Assembly: GCA_048938025.1 (NCBI GenBank)
Contig: JBHLMP010000067.1
Coordinates: 1 to 15,368 of the forward strand
DNA from: Promethearchaeota archaeon
GTDB taxonomy: Archaea > Asgardarchaeota > Lokiarchaeia > Sigyniarchaeales > SOKP01
Direction: 5' to 3'
Length of the DNA stretch: 15,368 nt
Below are positions 1 through 9,028 of this stretch, one piece after another. The notes beneath the pieces are model-generated. The model had not been told where the DNA came from. It made no database searches and was given only the letters and a program-made list of their open reading frames with translations. Position 1 is the stretch's first letter; every line of letters begins with the position of its first letter. The translations under genes were made by a program, and so were the position numbers.

Positions 1-1158
1 GTTGATGTGAGAGTAGTTTCAGAGATGACAATATACTTTAATAACAAGTTTGCTAATCCATCTTCTTTACATTGCGATGGGGATGATGCAACTGATGCTT
101 TAGTTGAATCTCGCCAAAAAATTGCTGATTTTATTAATGCTCCAAATGCATCAGATATAATCTTTACTTCAAGTGCTACTGAATCAAACAATCTAGCACT
201 TATTGGTTCAGCAATGAGAAATAAAAAGAAGGGTAACCATATAATTATTTCTGAAATAGAACACATTTCTATATTAAATATCGCTAAATATTTGGAACGT
301 GAAGGTTTCAAGGTTAGTAGAGTTCCTGTAGATCAATTTGGAATTATTAAGTTTGACAAGTTGGAGAAATTAATAACTGATCAAACAATTTTAATTTCAA
401 TCTCAACTGCGAGCAATGAGGTTGGATCTCTTCAGCCAATAAAAGAAATTAGTGAAATTGCGACAAAAAAGAATATTTTATTACATACTGATGCTGTGGC
501 TAGTGAAAGTGTTATTCCGATAGATGTACAAAAAATACCAATAGATATGATTACCTTATCTTCGAATGATATTTATGGACCTAGGGGCGTCGGAGCACTT
601 TATTTAAAAAAGGGTGTCCGTGTAAACCCTATAATAATAGGTGGTGGTCAAGAACGAGGATTAAGATCTGGTTCAGAGAATGTTCCCGGTATCGTAGGTT
701 TTGCTAAGGCAGCTGAAATTATGAGATCAGAAATTAAAACAGAAGCAATGCGGCTAAAAAGTATGCGAGATAAACTGATTCAACAAGTATTAAGTAAAGT
801 TCCAAATTCATATTTAAATGGACATCCTGAAAAACGTCTTCCTAATAATGCACATTTTAGATTTGATTATATTGAAGGAGAATCATTAATATTATCTTTA
901 AAGGATCAAAAAGTAGCAGCAGCAACTGGTTCTGCATGCTCATCAAAGACCTTAGAACCATCTCATACTTTAATTTCAATGGGTTTATTACATGAAGAGG
1001 CTCATGGAAGTTTATTATTCACATTGGGCAGATTTACGAAAGAGACTGATGTTGATAAAGCAATAGAAGTTCTACCTGATATTGTTAAACGATTACGATT
1101 ATTATCCCCTTTAACGCCTCCTGATTTAATAAAAAAATATAATGAGGTGAATGAATAG
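1..1158 (+). CDS. iscS: IscS/NifS-family cysteine desulfurase homologue, 5'-truncated by the window edge; PLP-binding Lys replaced by Asp
   Basis: Frame is open from base 1 (VDVRVVSEM...), so the true start is probably upstream. Motifs: ANPSSLH, IIFTSSATESNN, EH, SNEVG, HTDAV, GGGQERGLRSG, and GSACSS with the catalytic-loop Cys at 937-939. The usual S(G/S)HKxYGPKG motif reads SSNDIYGPRG. Confidence 0.95.
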   Translation, partial: VDVRVVSEMTIYFNNKFANPSSLHCDGDDATDALVESRQKIADFINAPNASDIIFTSSATESNNLALIGSAMRNKKKGNHIIISEIEHISILNIAKYLEREGFKVSRVPVDQFGIIKFDKLEKLITDQTILISISTASNEVGSLQPIKEISEIATKKNILLHTDAVASESVIPIDVQKIPIDMITLSSNDIYGPRGVGALYLKKGVRVNPIIIGGGQERGLRSGSENVPGIVGFAKAAEIMRSEIKTEAMRLKSMRDKLIQQVLSKVPNSYLNGHPEKRLPNNAHFRFDYIEGESLILSLKDQKVAAATGSACSSKTLEPSHTLISMGLLHEEAHGSLLFTLGRFTKETDVDKAIEVLPDIVKRLRLLSPLTPPDLIKKYNEVNE

Positions 1159-1159
1159 A

Positions 1160-1966
1160 ATGAAATCTACACAGTATTCTGAAAAAGTATTAGATCATTT
1201 TAGAAATCCAAGAAATGTTGGTGAGATCGAAGATGCAGACGGAATCGGGAAAGTTGGTAATCCTGTTTGTGGTGATTTAATGTGGATTTACATTAAAGTC
1301 GGTAAAAATGAAAAAAACGAAGAAATAATTGAAGACATAAAATTCAAGACTTTTGGATGTGGTTCTGCAGTAGCAACATCTTCAATGATAACAGAAATGA
1401 CTAAGGGAATGACTCTTGATAAAGCGTATAAAGTAACGAGAGCGGATGTAGCAGAGGAACTTGAAGGTTTGCCACCAATTAAAATGCATTGTTCCAACTT
1501 GGCTGCAGATGCTTTAAAAGCAGCAATTGATAATTATCGTTATGGTGCAAAACCAGATGTTGAAGTTGCTACTTCATGTCAGTTAGAAGTAAAAATAATT
1601 CTTGGTGCTGATGAGTTTTTAGACAAAGGAGTATATAAAGAAATTAAGGATTTAGAGAATCTTAAAGATAAAAGAACTTTGATATTAGATACAGGAGATA
1701 ATGCGTTAGAACTCGCTTTGAAATTAACAGAATACACAGGAAGAGTAATAGTTGTTACTTCAAGCAAATCAATACCAGGTTCTATAGAGATCCAAAAGAA
1801 GTTAAAACTTTCAGATGTAAAAATATTATTCCAATCAGAACTTCTAGAAATCAAAGGTACTGATGATGTTGAGAAAGTTACTTTACAGGATTTCGAAGAA
1901 AATGAGACATATGAACTTTACGTTGATGCGGTCGTTATTTTAGATAAGAGATATTTTTTAAAATGA
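1160..1966 (+). CDS. iscU: IscU/NifU-type Fe-S scaffold fused to a C-terminal degenerate thioredoxin-reductase-like Rossmann domain
   Basis: YSEKVLDHFRNPRNVG, GNPVCGD, FKTFGCGSA and LPPIKMHCS retain all three Cys. SD GAGGTGA at 1144-1150 favours ATG 1160 over ATG 1151. The C-terminal ~125 aa resemble the TrxB NADPH domain (GADEFLDKGV...KDKRTLILDTGDNALELAL...EIKGTDDVEKV...VDAVVI). Confidence 0.9.
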   Translation: MKSTQYSEKVLDHFRNPRNVGEIEDADGIGKVGNPVCGDLMWIYIKVGKNEKNEEIIEDIKFKTFGCGSAVATSSMITEMTKGMTLDKAYKVTRADVAEELEGLPPIKMHCSNLAADALKAAIDNYRYGAKPDVEVATSCQLEVKIILGADEFLDKGVYKEIKDLENLKDKRTLILDTGDNALELALKLTEYTGRVIVVTSSKSIPGSIEIQKKLKLSDVKILFQSELLEIKGTDDVEKVTLQDFEENETYELYVDAVVILDKRYFLK

Positions 1967-2141
1967 TTTTTATTGTTTAAAATTAATCTCTTTATTTTTT
2001 ATTATTTATTGGACTATTGTCCTTTTGTATTAAGTTAATTAAGTAATATTTAATGTTTAATAAAAATTCATAGGTATGATTTATAATTTCCTTGAATAAA
2101 AGTTAATAAAAAAATTAGATTTTTACGTAGGAGAAAATTTA

Positions 2142-4529
2142 ATGAAGAAAGTGGTAATAGTTGGAGGTGTAGCAGGAGGAGCTTCTGCTGCTGCACGATT
2201 AAGACGTCTAAAAGAAGATTACGAAATTATTATGGTTGATAAGGGTCCATATGTATCATTTGCCAACTGCGGACTTCCATATTATGTGGGAAATGTAATC
2301 AAGGATCGCGAGTCTTTAGAATTGGTCACACCAGAGAGATTCCTAGAAAGGTTTAATATTGATGTTAGAGTTAATAGTGAAGTAATTTCAATAGATAAAG
2401 AGAAAAAGCAGGTAAAAGTTAGAGACTTAAAAAAATTGAAAGAATATTTCTTAGATTACGATAATTTGATCTTAGCAACAGGCTCAGCTCCTATTGTACC
2501 GTCTTTTAATGGTCTTGAGGAGGTACCTTACTTTACAGTCTGGACAATACCAGATGCAGTAAAAATCAGAGATTATGTTGAAAAAAATAATATAAAGAAT
2601 GCTATTATCGTTGGTGGAGGTTTTATTGGATTAGAAATGGCTGAAAACTTAGTTGAGAAGGGAGTGAAAGTGAAAATAGTGGAAATGATAGATCAGGTAA
2701 TGCCACCAATAGATAAGGAAATAGCGCAATTTATTCATCAAGAATTAATATTAAATGGAGTTTGTCTTGTTTTAGAAGATCCAGTAGATTCCTTTGGAAG
2801 AACTGAAGCTGATAAACCTTTTGTTAAAACCAAAAGTGGTCGGGTTATAGAGACAGATCTGATAATTTTATCAATAGGCGTTAGACCAGAAAGCAAGTTA
2901 GCTAAAGAAACAGATTTAGTATTAACAGAGAAAGGTTACATAAAGGTTAATCGTGGAATGCGAACATCAGATCCAAATATTTATGCTGTAGGAGATGCTA
3001 TTCAAGTTCAACATTATCAAACGAATCAACCAATATCTATAGCTTTGGCAGGTCCAGCAAATAAACAGGGAAGAATTGCCGCAGAGAATATTACTGGAAG
3101 AAATTCAGAATACAAAGGAATTTTGGGAGCATCTGTTGTTAAAATTTTTGATGTCACCGTTGCGTCTGTAGGATTAACAGAAAAACAACTCAAAAATACC
3201 ACCATTAAATATGACAAAATATATGTACATCCAAATAATCATGCTGGTTATTATCCAGGAGCTATACCAATAACAATTAAATTAATTTTCGAAGTACCTA
3301 GTGGTAAAGTTCTTGGAGCTCAAGCTGTTGGGGGTCCAGGCACAGATAAAAGAATTGATGTCATCTCAACTACAATTAAGTTTGGTGGGACAGTTTTCGA
3401 TTTGGAAGAATTAGAGTTAACTTATGCTCCTCCATATGGTTCTGCAAAAGATCCAATAAATATGGCTGGATTTGTTGCTGCAAATTATCTTAGAGAAGAT
3501 ATGCCTATTTGGCATTGGCATGACATTGATGAAGTTAAATTTAATGGAGGAATTTTATTAGATGTTAGAACACCAGAAGAGAATACTGCTAGGGCAATCG
3601 AGGGTTCAATGAACATACCGATTGAAGAATTAAGAAAACGATTAGATGAAATACCTGATAATGGACCAATCTATGTTTATTGTGAAGTAGGATATAGAAG
3701 TTATTTAGCTACTAGGATTCTTTTGCAAAGCGGATTTAAAGAAGTCTATGAACTGACTGGAGGATTAAAAATTTTTGAAATGGCAAATGCAACCACAGAA
3801 GAAATTATGGCAGCTTGTGGAGGATCTGAAAACGTTATTGAAGAATTTGTAAAAGAAAAAGCTACTGAAACAGATGATTATATAGAGGTTGATGCTTGCG
3901 GGTTATCCTGTCCAGGGCCTCTCAATGCATTAATCAAATCACTTGATTCATTACCTGAAAATAAAAAATTAAAAATCTATGCTACTGACCCTGGATTTAA
4001 ATCTAGTGTTGAAGCATATTCTAAATTAAATGAAAATGTAAAATTATTAGGACTTGGGAAGGCAGAAGGGAAGTTGATAGCCACTTTAGAAAAAATTCAA
4101 CCTACTATAGAAGTCGTACCTCCTGTTAAAAAGAAAACTAGAAAAGAATTAAGACCTCCTGATGCTCCTCCAATCTCAAATATTAGCGTTGATGAGCTAT
4201 ATGAACGCCTTGATACTGAAGATGCGCCTCCACTTTTAATCGATGTTCGAACATCACAGGAGTTTTATGGTGCAGGAGGGCATATCAAAAATTCCAGACT
4301 AATTCCTTTAGGAGAATTATTAAATAATACAGATATCATAAAAGATTACAAGAATGAAGAAATAGTGGTGATTTGTCATTCTGGGTCTCGCTCTATGATG
4401 GCAGCACAAATATTAGCTCAAGCAGGATTCAAAGATGTTAGAAATCTCGTAGGTGGGATAATGATGTGGCACCGAAATGGTTATCCCGTAAAGTTAGAAG
4501 AAGAAAGAATGACAGAAACATTTTATTGA
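2142..4529 (+). CDS. CoA-disulfide/persulfide reductase (CoADR/Npsr-like) fused to rhodanese, TusA/SirA-like and a second rhodanese domain
   Basis: GGVAGG FAD motif, SFANCGLPY redox Cys, GGGFIGLE, YAVGD and YAPPYG. Rhodanese 1 has LDVRTPEE...YCEVGYRS, the TusA-like domain has VDACGLSCPGP...ATDPG, and rhodanese 2 has IDVRT...ICHSGSRS...GGIMMW. SD AGGAG lies upstream. Confidence 0.92.
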   Translation: MKKVVIVGGVAGGASAAARLRRLKEDYEIIMVDKGPYVSFANCGLPYYVGNVIKDRESLELVTPERFLERFNIDVRVNSEVISIDKEKKQVKVRDLKKLKEYFLDYDNLILATGSAPIVPSFNGLEEVPYFTVWTIPDAVKIRDYVEKNNIKNAIIVGGGFIGLEMAENLVEKGVKVKIVEMIDQVMPPIDKEIAQFIHQELILNGVCLVLEDPVDSFGRTEADKPFVKTKSGRVIETDLIILSIGVRPESKLAKETDLVLTEKGYIKVNRGMRTSDPNIYAVGDAIQVQHYQTNQPISIALAGPANKQGRIAAENITGRNSEYKGILGASVVKIFDVTVASVGLTEKQLKNTTIKYDKIYVHPNNHAGYYPGAIPITIKLIFEVPSGKVLGAQAVGGPGTDKRIDVISTTIKFGGTVFDLEELELTYAPPYGSAKDPINMAGFVAANYLREDMPIWHWHDIDEVKFNGGILLDVRTPEENTARAIEGSMNIPIEELRKRLDEIPDNGPIYVYCEVGYRSYLATRILLQSGFKEVYELTGGLKIFEMANATTEEIMAACGGSENVIEEFVKEKATETDDYIEVDACGLSCPGPLNALIKSLDSLPENKKLKIYATDPGFKSSVEAYSKLNENVKLLGLGKAEGKLIATLEKIQPTIEVVPPVKKKTRKELRPPDAPPISNISVDELYERLDTEDAPPLLIDVRTSQEFYGAGGHIKNSRLIPLGELLNNTDIIKDYKNEEIVVICHSGSRSMMAAQILAQAGFKDVRNLVGGIMMWHRNGYPVKLEEERMTETFY

Positions 4530-4532
4530 TCC

Positions 4533-4554
4533 AAATCTAACTTTTAGATTTTTT
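4533..4554 (+). terminator. Inverted repeat followed by a T-run downstream of the CoADR fusion gene (possible terminator or operator)
   Basis: AAATCTAA-CTT-TTAGATTT followed by TTT, 3 nt after the stop codon. Confidence 0.35.
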
Positions 4555-4567
4555 ATGAAAAATAAGT

Positions 4568-4580
4568 GAAAAAGTTATAA
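4568..4580 (+). promoter_or_regulatory. Putative archaeal BRE/TATA promoter of rubrerythrin
   Basis: GAAAAAGTTATAA upstream of SD AGGAGGT and ATG 4656. Confidence 0.45.
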
Positions 4581-4655
4581 TTAACGTCAAATAATTTAAA
4601 TCAAAAATATTAATTTATTACGAAATTTCCAAATTACCATTAGGAGGTAAAAATT

Positions 4656-5246
4656 ATGAAAGAAACAGCTAAAAAATTATATACCGCATACGTAGGAGAA
4701 TCGCAAGCAAGAAATAGATATAATTACTTTTCTAAAATTGCTAAAAAAGAAGGATACGTATTAGTATCTAAAATTTTCGACGAAACATCAGATCAGGAAA
4801 AGGAACATGGCTCTTGGTTTTACAAGATGCTCCAGGGCTTCAAGAAGGAAGAGCCTTTCGATGAAATGAAAGTTCTCCCAGACGCAGAGTTTCCAACAAC
4901 CCATGGAACCACAATAGAAAATTTAAAATCAGCGATCGCAGGTGAAAATATGGAATGGCAAATCTTATACCCAGATATAGTTGAGACTGCTGAAAAAGAG
5001 GGGTATCCCGCCATTGCTCAAAGAGTACGTGCAATTATAAAAGCAGAAAAACATCACTCTGAGAGGTATGGCAAACTTCTTAAACTGGTTGGTGATGATG
5101 CCTTCTTTAAACGCGGTAAGAAAGTTGTCTGGGTTTGTATGGAATGCGGCTATGAGGTAGAAATGGATGAGTTACCTAAAGACTTCAAATGTCCATCATG
5201 TGATCATGATAGATCATATTATAGGAAAAAATGTGAAGATTTTTAG
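4656..5246 (+). CDS. rbr: Rubrerythrin
   Basis: GESQARNRY, EKEH, AIAGE and AEKHH diiron ligands; C-terminal rubredoxin-like CMECG...CPSCDH; strong SD AGGAGGT. Confidence 0.96.
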   Translation: MKETAKKLYTAYVGESQARNRYNYFSKIAKKEGYVLVSKIFDETSDQEKEHGSWFYKMLQGFKKEEPFDEMKVLPDAEFPTTHGTTIENLKSAIAGENMEWQILYPDIVETAEKEGYPAIAQRVRAIIKAEKHHSERYGKLLKLVGDDAFFKRGKKVVWVCMECGYEVEMDELPKDFKCPSCDHDRSYYRKKCEDF

Positions 5247-5346
5247 AAAAAAATTCGACCATTTTTAATTTAAAATGAAAACTATTAAATAGAAAAATGT
5301 ATGTCTTAAAGCATAAAATATTTAAATCTAAAATTGGTAAACAAAA

Positions 5347-5736
5347 ATGAAACGAAAAGATATCGTGAAATGTGAGGTTTGTGGAAAAGTAATTGAGATT
5401 CTTAATCCAGCAGCACCCGAGACAATCTGTTGCGGTAAAACAATGAAATTAATGGACCCTAAAACTACTGATTGGACAAAAGAGAAGCATGTTCCTAAGA
5501 TTACAGTTGAAGGTAATAAAGTGACTGTTGATGTTGGAATCTCAATGGGAACTCCTCATCCAATGACAATGGAGCATTGGATTATGTGGATTGAGATAAT
5601 GTGCAAAGATAGTTGCTATGAACGAAGGTTTTTAAATCCTGGAGATGAGCCTAAAGCAACTTTTACTGTTGCAAATCCTGAGGAGCTCATAGCAAGGGAA
5701 TATTGCAATATCCATGGATTATGGATATCTGAGTAA
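5347..5736 (+). CDS. dfx: Desulfoferrodoxin (2Fe superoxide reductase)
   Basis: Centre I CEVCG...CCG; centre II EKHVP, HPM, EHWI and CNIHG. Confidence 0.95.
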   Translation: MKRKDIVKCEVCGKVIEILNPAAPETICCGKTMKLMDPKTTDWTKEKHVPKITVEGNKVTVDVGISMGTPHPMTMEHWIMWIEIMCKDSCYERRFLNPGDEPKATFTVANPEELIAREYCNIHGLWISE

Positions 5737-5842
5737 GTGAACCAGTAAATTAACTTTTTCTTTTTTTTTATTAATTAAAAATTAAATATTTAAAGTCTAG
5801 ATTTAATTAAGAAATTTATAATTATTTAATGAAATAATCTTT

Positions 5843-7198
5843 ATGTTAATCATTTTACAATTTTTTGTAATCTTTTGTTTTTCTATTGTTATAATTGCTC
5901 TCTTTCGTGAGAAAACAGATTTTTTAACTTATAGTATTGCAGCTATGCTAGCAGCAGCTACTGCAACATATCTTTTCTCACCAGAATCCTTCTCTATTGA
6001 TGATTTTATACTTGCAATAGATTGGCCCGTTATTTTCTTCTTAATCTCCTCATTTACAATTGTTGTTATATTAGAAGATCAATTAATTTTTCAAGAATTA
6101 GCTTTAAGAATTACTAAAAAATTTAGTACAAACACTCGAAAGTTCTTTTGGGTTATATGCTTAATCTCAACCTTGAGTGCTGCGTTTATTGAAGATATTT
6201 CTGTAGCTGTAATTTTTATTCCCATGATTATAAGTACCAGCGAAAAAATGAGAATAAATCCTACGCCTATACTTTTGGGAATGACTATTTGCATTAATCT
6301 TGCCGCAACTTTAACTCCATTTGGTTCGGCACAGAGTATATTAATAGCAAACAAATTTACATTATCAACGGGCTGGTTTTTTGCTAATTTAGCAATATAT
6401 TTTATTTTTGGTACATTAATGACTCTCTTTTTTTTAGATTATTTTATTCTTAGGAAACATTTAAAAGAGATATGGATTCCACATTGTGTGGAATATGAAG
6501 AACCTTTAAAAACTGAGTATATAGAAGAACATGAATTAGTTATTATGGAAGAGCCAATCAATCCTAGAATTTTTTATCGCAATTTAATTACTTTATTCAT
6601 TTTTTTCATAATGTTAATTGTTATTCCAGACATTTTATTTGTAGGGTTATTTGGGATGTTATTATTTGTATTTATTAACCCACGAAGAGGAGAGGGTGGT
6701 AGAAAGAAACCAGACATTTCTTATTATTTTAGTAAAGTAGATTTCAAATTACCGTTCTTTTTTATAACTTTATTTGTATTAGTGTTCTGTTTTGATAAAG
6801 TAGGGCTTATTGACATTATTGAAGACATTGTAGTAGCAATTTCTCCGAGCAATCTCTTCCTGTTATCTATCTTCATCTTAATTATAACGTCTATTCTTTC
6901 AGGATTTTTAGATAATGTTCCTGTTACAGTACTTTTTATCCCAATTGTAGAAGTTTTAATAAATTCTGGTTTTTCATCAATCCCATTATTAATAGCTTTT
7001 ATTTTAGGGATAAACTTAGGAGGAAATTTTCTACCTCAAGGTTCAGCAGCAGATATGATGACACTTGATCTATCTACAAAATATTGTGTAGATGGGATGA
7101 ATTATAAAAAGCTGCTAAAGATAGGAGGTACATTTGCTTTATTTCATATAATTCTTGGTATAGGGTATTTAGCATTAATTATTTTTATCTTCTATTAA
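5843..7198 (+). CDS. Ion-transporter superfamily permease (ArsB/NhaD/SLC13/CitMHS-like)
   Basis: Many hydrophobic segments; IDWPVIFFL, LSAAFIEDI, NLAATLTPFGS, LSGFLDNVP and LGINLGGNFLPQGSAA hairpin motifs. Substrate is unknown. Confidence 0.85.
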   Translation: MLIILQFFVIFCFSIVIIALFREKTDFLTYSIAAMLAAATATYLFSPESFSIDDFILAIDWPVIFFLISSFTIVVILEDQLIFQELALRITKKFSTNTRKFFWVICLISTLSAAFIEDISVAVIFIPMIISTSEKMRINPTPILLGMTICINLAATLTPFGSAQSILIANKFTLSTGWFFANLAIYFIFGTLMTLFFLDYFILRKHLKEIWIPHCVEYEEPLKTEYIEEHELVIMEEPINPRIFYRNLITLFIFFIMLIVIPDILFVGLFGMLLFVFINPRRGEGGRKKPDISYYFSKVDFKLPFFFITLFVLVFCFDKVGLIDIIEDIVVAISPSNLFLLSIFILIITSILSGFLDNVPVTVLFIPIVEVLINSGFSSIPLLIAFILGINLGGNFLPQGSAADMMTLDLSTKYCVDGMNYKKLLKIGGTFALFHIILGIGYLALIIFIFY

Positions 7199-7222
7199 AA
7201 AAGTGAGGTTATATATTACCAA

Positions 7223-7774
7223 ATGAGGAAAAATAAAGCAATCTTCTTAGATAGAGATGGTACAATAATTGAGGATAAAAATTATGCCTATAAAGTTGAA
7301 GATTTAGAACTTTTACCTGGAGTAATCGAAGGTTTAAAATTATTACAAAAGGACTTCACTTTTTTCATAATAACAAATCAATCCGGGATTGGAAGAAATT
7401 ATTATACTGTGGCGGATTTTCATAAATTTAACAATCATTTAATTAAGCAATTAAAAAAAAATAGCATTAAAATAGAAAAAACCTACTTTTGCCCGCATTT
7501 AAAGGAGGATAACTGTGAATGTAGAAAACCAAAAACAAAATTCATTGATACGATAGTATCTGAATATAATATAGACATTAAAAATTCGTGGATGATTGGT
7601 GATCACCTTTCAGATGTTCTCTGTGGTATTAATGCAGGGTGCAGAACAGTTTTTCTTTTAACAGGTCATGGTCAAGAACACATTCATGACTTAGAAAAGA
7701 ATGGAATTTCTCCAAATATTATAACGAACAGTTTTTATGAAGCAGCAGAAGAAATAATTAAAGAATTTAAATAG
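7223..7774 (+). CDS. gmhB: HAD-IIIA phosphatase, D-glycero-D-manno-heptose-1,7-bisphosphate phosphatase / HisB-N-like
   Basis: FLDRDGTI, ITNQSGIGR, Zn site CPH...CECRKP, and MIGDHLSD. Confidence 0.85.
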   Translation: MRKNKAIFLDRDGTIIEDKNYAYKVEDLELLPGVIEGLKLLQKDFTFFIITNQSGIGRNYYTVADFHKFNNHLIKQLKKNSIKIEKTYFCPHLKEDNCECRKPKTKFIDTIVSEYNIDIKNSWMIGDHLSDVLCGINAGCRTVFLLTGHGQEHIHDLEKNGISPNIITNSFYEAAEEIIKEFK

Positions 7775-7834
7775 AGAATACTTTTCCAACAAGACTAAAA
7801 AAAAAATTAAAAATAAATGACTTATGAGATAAAT

Positions 7835-9013
7835 TTATCCTCTCTTTTTTCCAAGATAAGGCATTGCGTGTTCATATCTTTTCATCGCAAATCTAGAAAT
7901 AATTATCCTCTGTATTTCTGATGTTCCTTCATAAATTTGGTATAACTTTGCATCCCTAAATAATTTCTCAACCGGATATGTCCTCAGATATCCATATCCA
8001 CCAAAAATTTGTATAGCTTCGGTAGTTACATTCATAACAATATCAGAAGCAAAAGCTTTAGCAATTGAAGAACTCAAATTATTGTCCATTCCTTGATCCG
8101 CTTCCCATGCCGCTTTGTAAGTTAATAGTCGTGCAGCCTCAATATCCTTATACATATTAGCGATTTTTTCTTGAATTACTTGATAATTTCCAATCGGACG
8201 ACCAAAAGCTTCTCTCTTTTGAGCATAATCAATAGAATATTCCATTGCTGAACGAGCACAACCTATTGCAAAAGCACCTATTGCTGGACGAGTATGTGCA
8301 AAGGTTTGCATAGCTAAAACAAAACCTCTTCCTGGTTTAGCAAGTATATTTTCTTTTGGAATTCTAACATCTTTCAAACCTACTGAAACAGTATTTGATG
8401 CTCTTTGACCAAGTTTAGGGATATGTTTCCCTAATCTTACCCCTTCGCTTTTTGTATCTACAATAAAAGCAGCAATTCCCTTGTGTTTTTTCTCTGGATC
8501 AATTGTGGCAAATACAGTAATATAATCTGCGTATCCTCCATTTGTTATCCAAAATTTATTTCCATTTAAAATATATTCATCTCCGTCTTTTTCGGCAAGA
8601 CATTTCATACCAGCAACATCAGAACCCATAGCTGGTTCAGAAGTGGCAAATGCTATTAACTTAAATTCATTTATTAACTCAGTTAATATTCTTTGTTTTT
8701 GTTCTTCATTTCCTCCAATAACAATAGGTTCTGCTCCTAAATTATTATCAAAAATCGAAGTAGCAATACCAGGGCAAGCAGAAGATATCTCTTCAACAAC
8801 AATACAAGATTCTAACAAACCATAATCAGGTCCACCATATTGTTTAGGGATCCCTAAATTTAATAATTTCTCTTCCCATGCCTTTTTGATAACATCTAAG
8901 GGGAATTCTTCTGACTCATCATATTTTGGAGCAACTGGTAATACTTCTCTTATAGCGAATTCTCTTGCTTTTTTCTGTAAAGCTTTTTGTTCTTCGTTTA
9001 AAACGAAATCCAT
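7835..9013 (-). CDS. Acyl-CoA dehydrogenase (short/medium-chain, butyryl-CoA dehydrogenase-like)
   Basis: FATSEPAMGSD, LNGNKFWITNG, KLGQRAS, REAFGRPI, QIFGGYGY and IYEGTSEIQR (catalytic Glu); SD GAGGT upstream. Confidence 0.95.
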   Translation of the reverse strand: MDFVLNEEQKALQKKAREFAIREVLPVAPKYDESEEFPLDVIKKAWEEKLLNLGIPKQYGGPDYGLLESCIVVEEISSACPGIATSIFDNNLGAEPIVIGGNEEQKQRILTELINEFKLIAFATSEPAMGSDVAGMKCLAEKDGDEYILNGNKFWITNGGYADYITVFATIDPEKKHKGIAAFIVDTKSEGVRLGKHIPKLGQRASNTVSVGLKDVRIPKENILAKPGRGFVLAMQTFAHTRPAIGAFAIGCARSAMEYSIDYAQKREAFGRPIGNYQVIQEKIANMYKDIEAARLLTYKAAWEADQGMDNNLSSSIAKAFASDIVMNVTTEAIQIFGGYGYLRTYPVEKLFRDAKLYQIYEGTSEIQRIIISRFAMKRYEHAMPYLGKKRG

Positions 9014-9028
9014 ATTTTTAACCTCTTA

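Noticed and set aside
7-9. GTG at 7 as the start of iscS
   Set aside because: The frame is open to the window edge and the conserved N-terminal YxD...TT segment is missing, so the real start is probably upstream.
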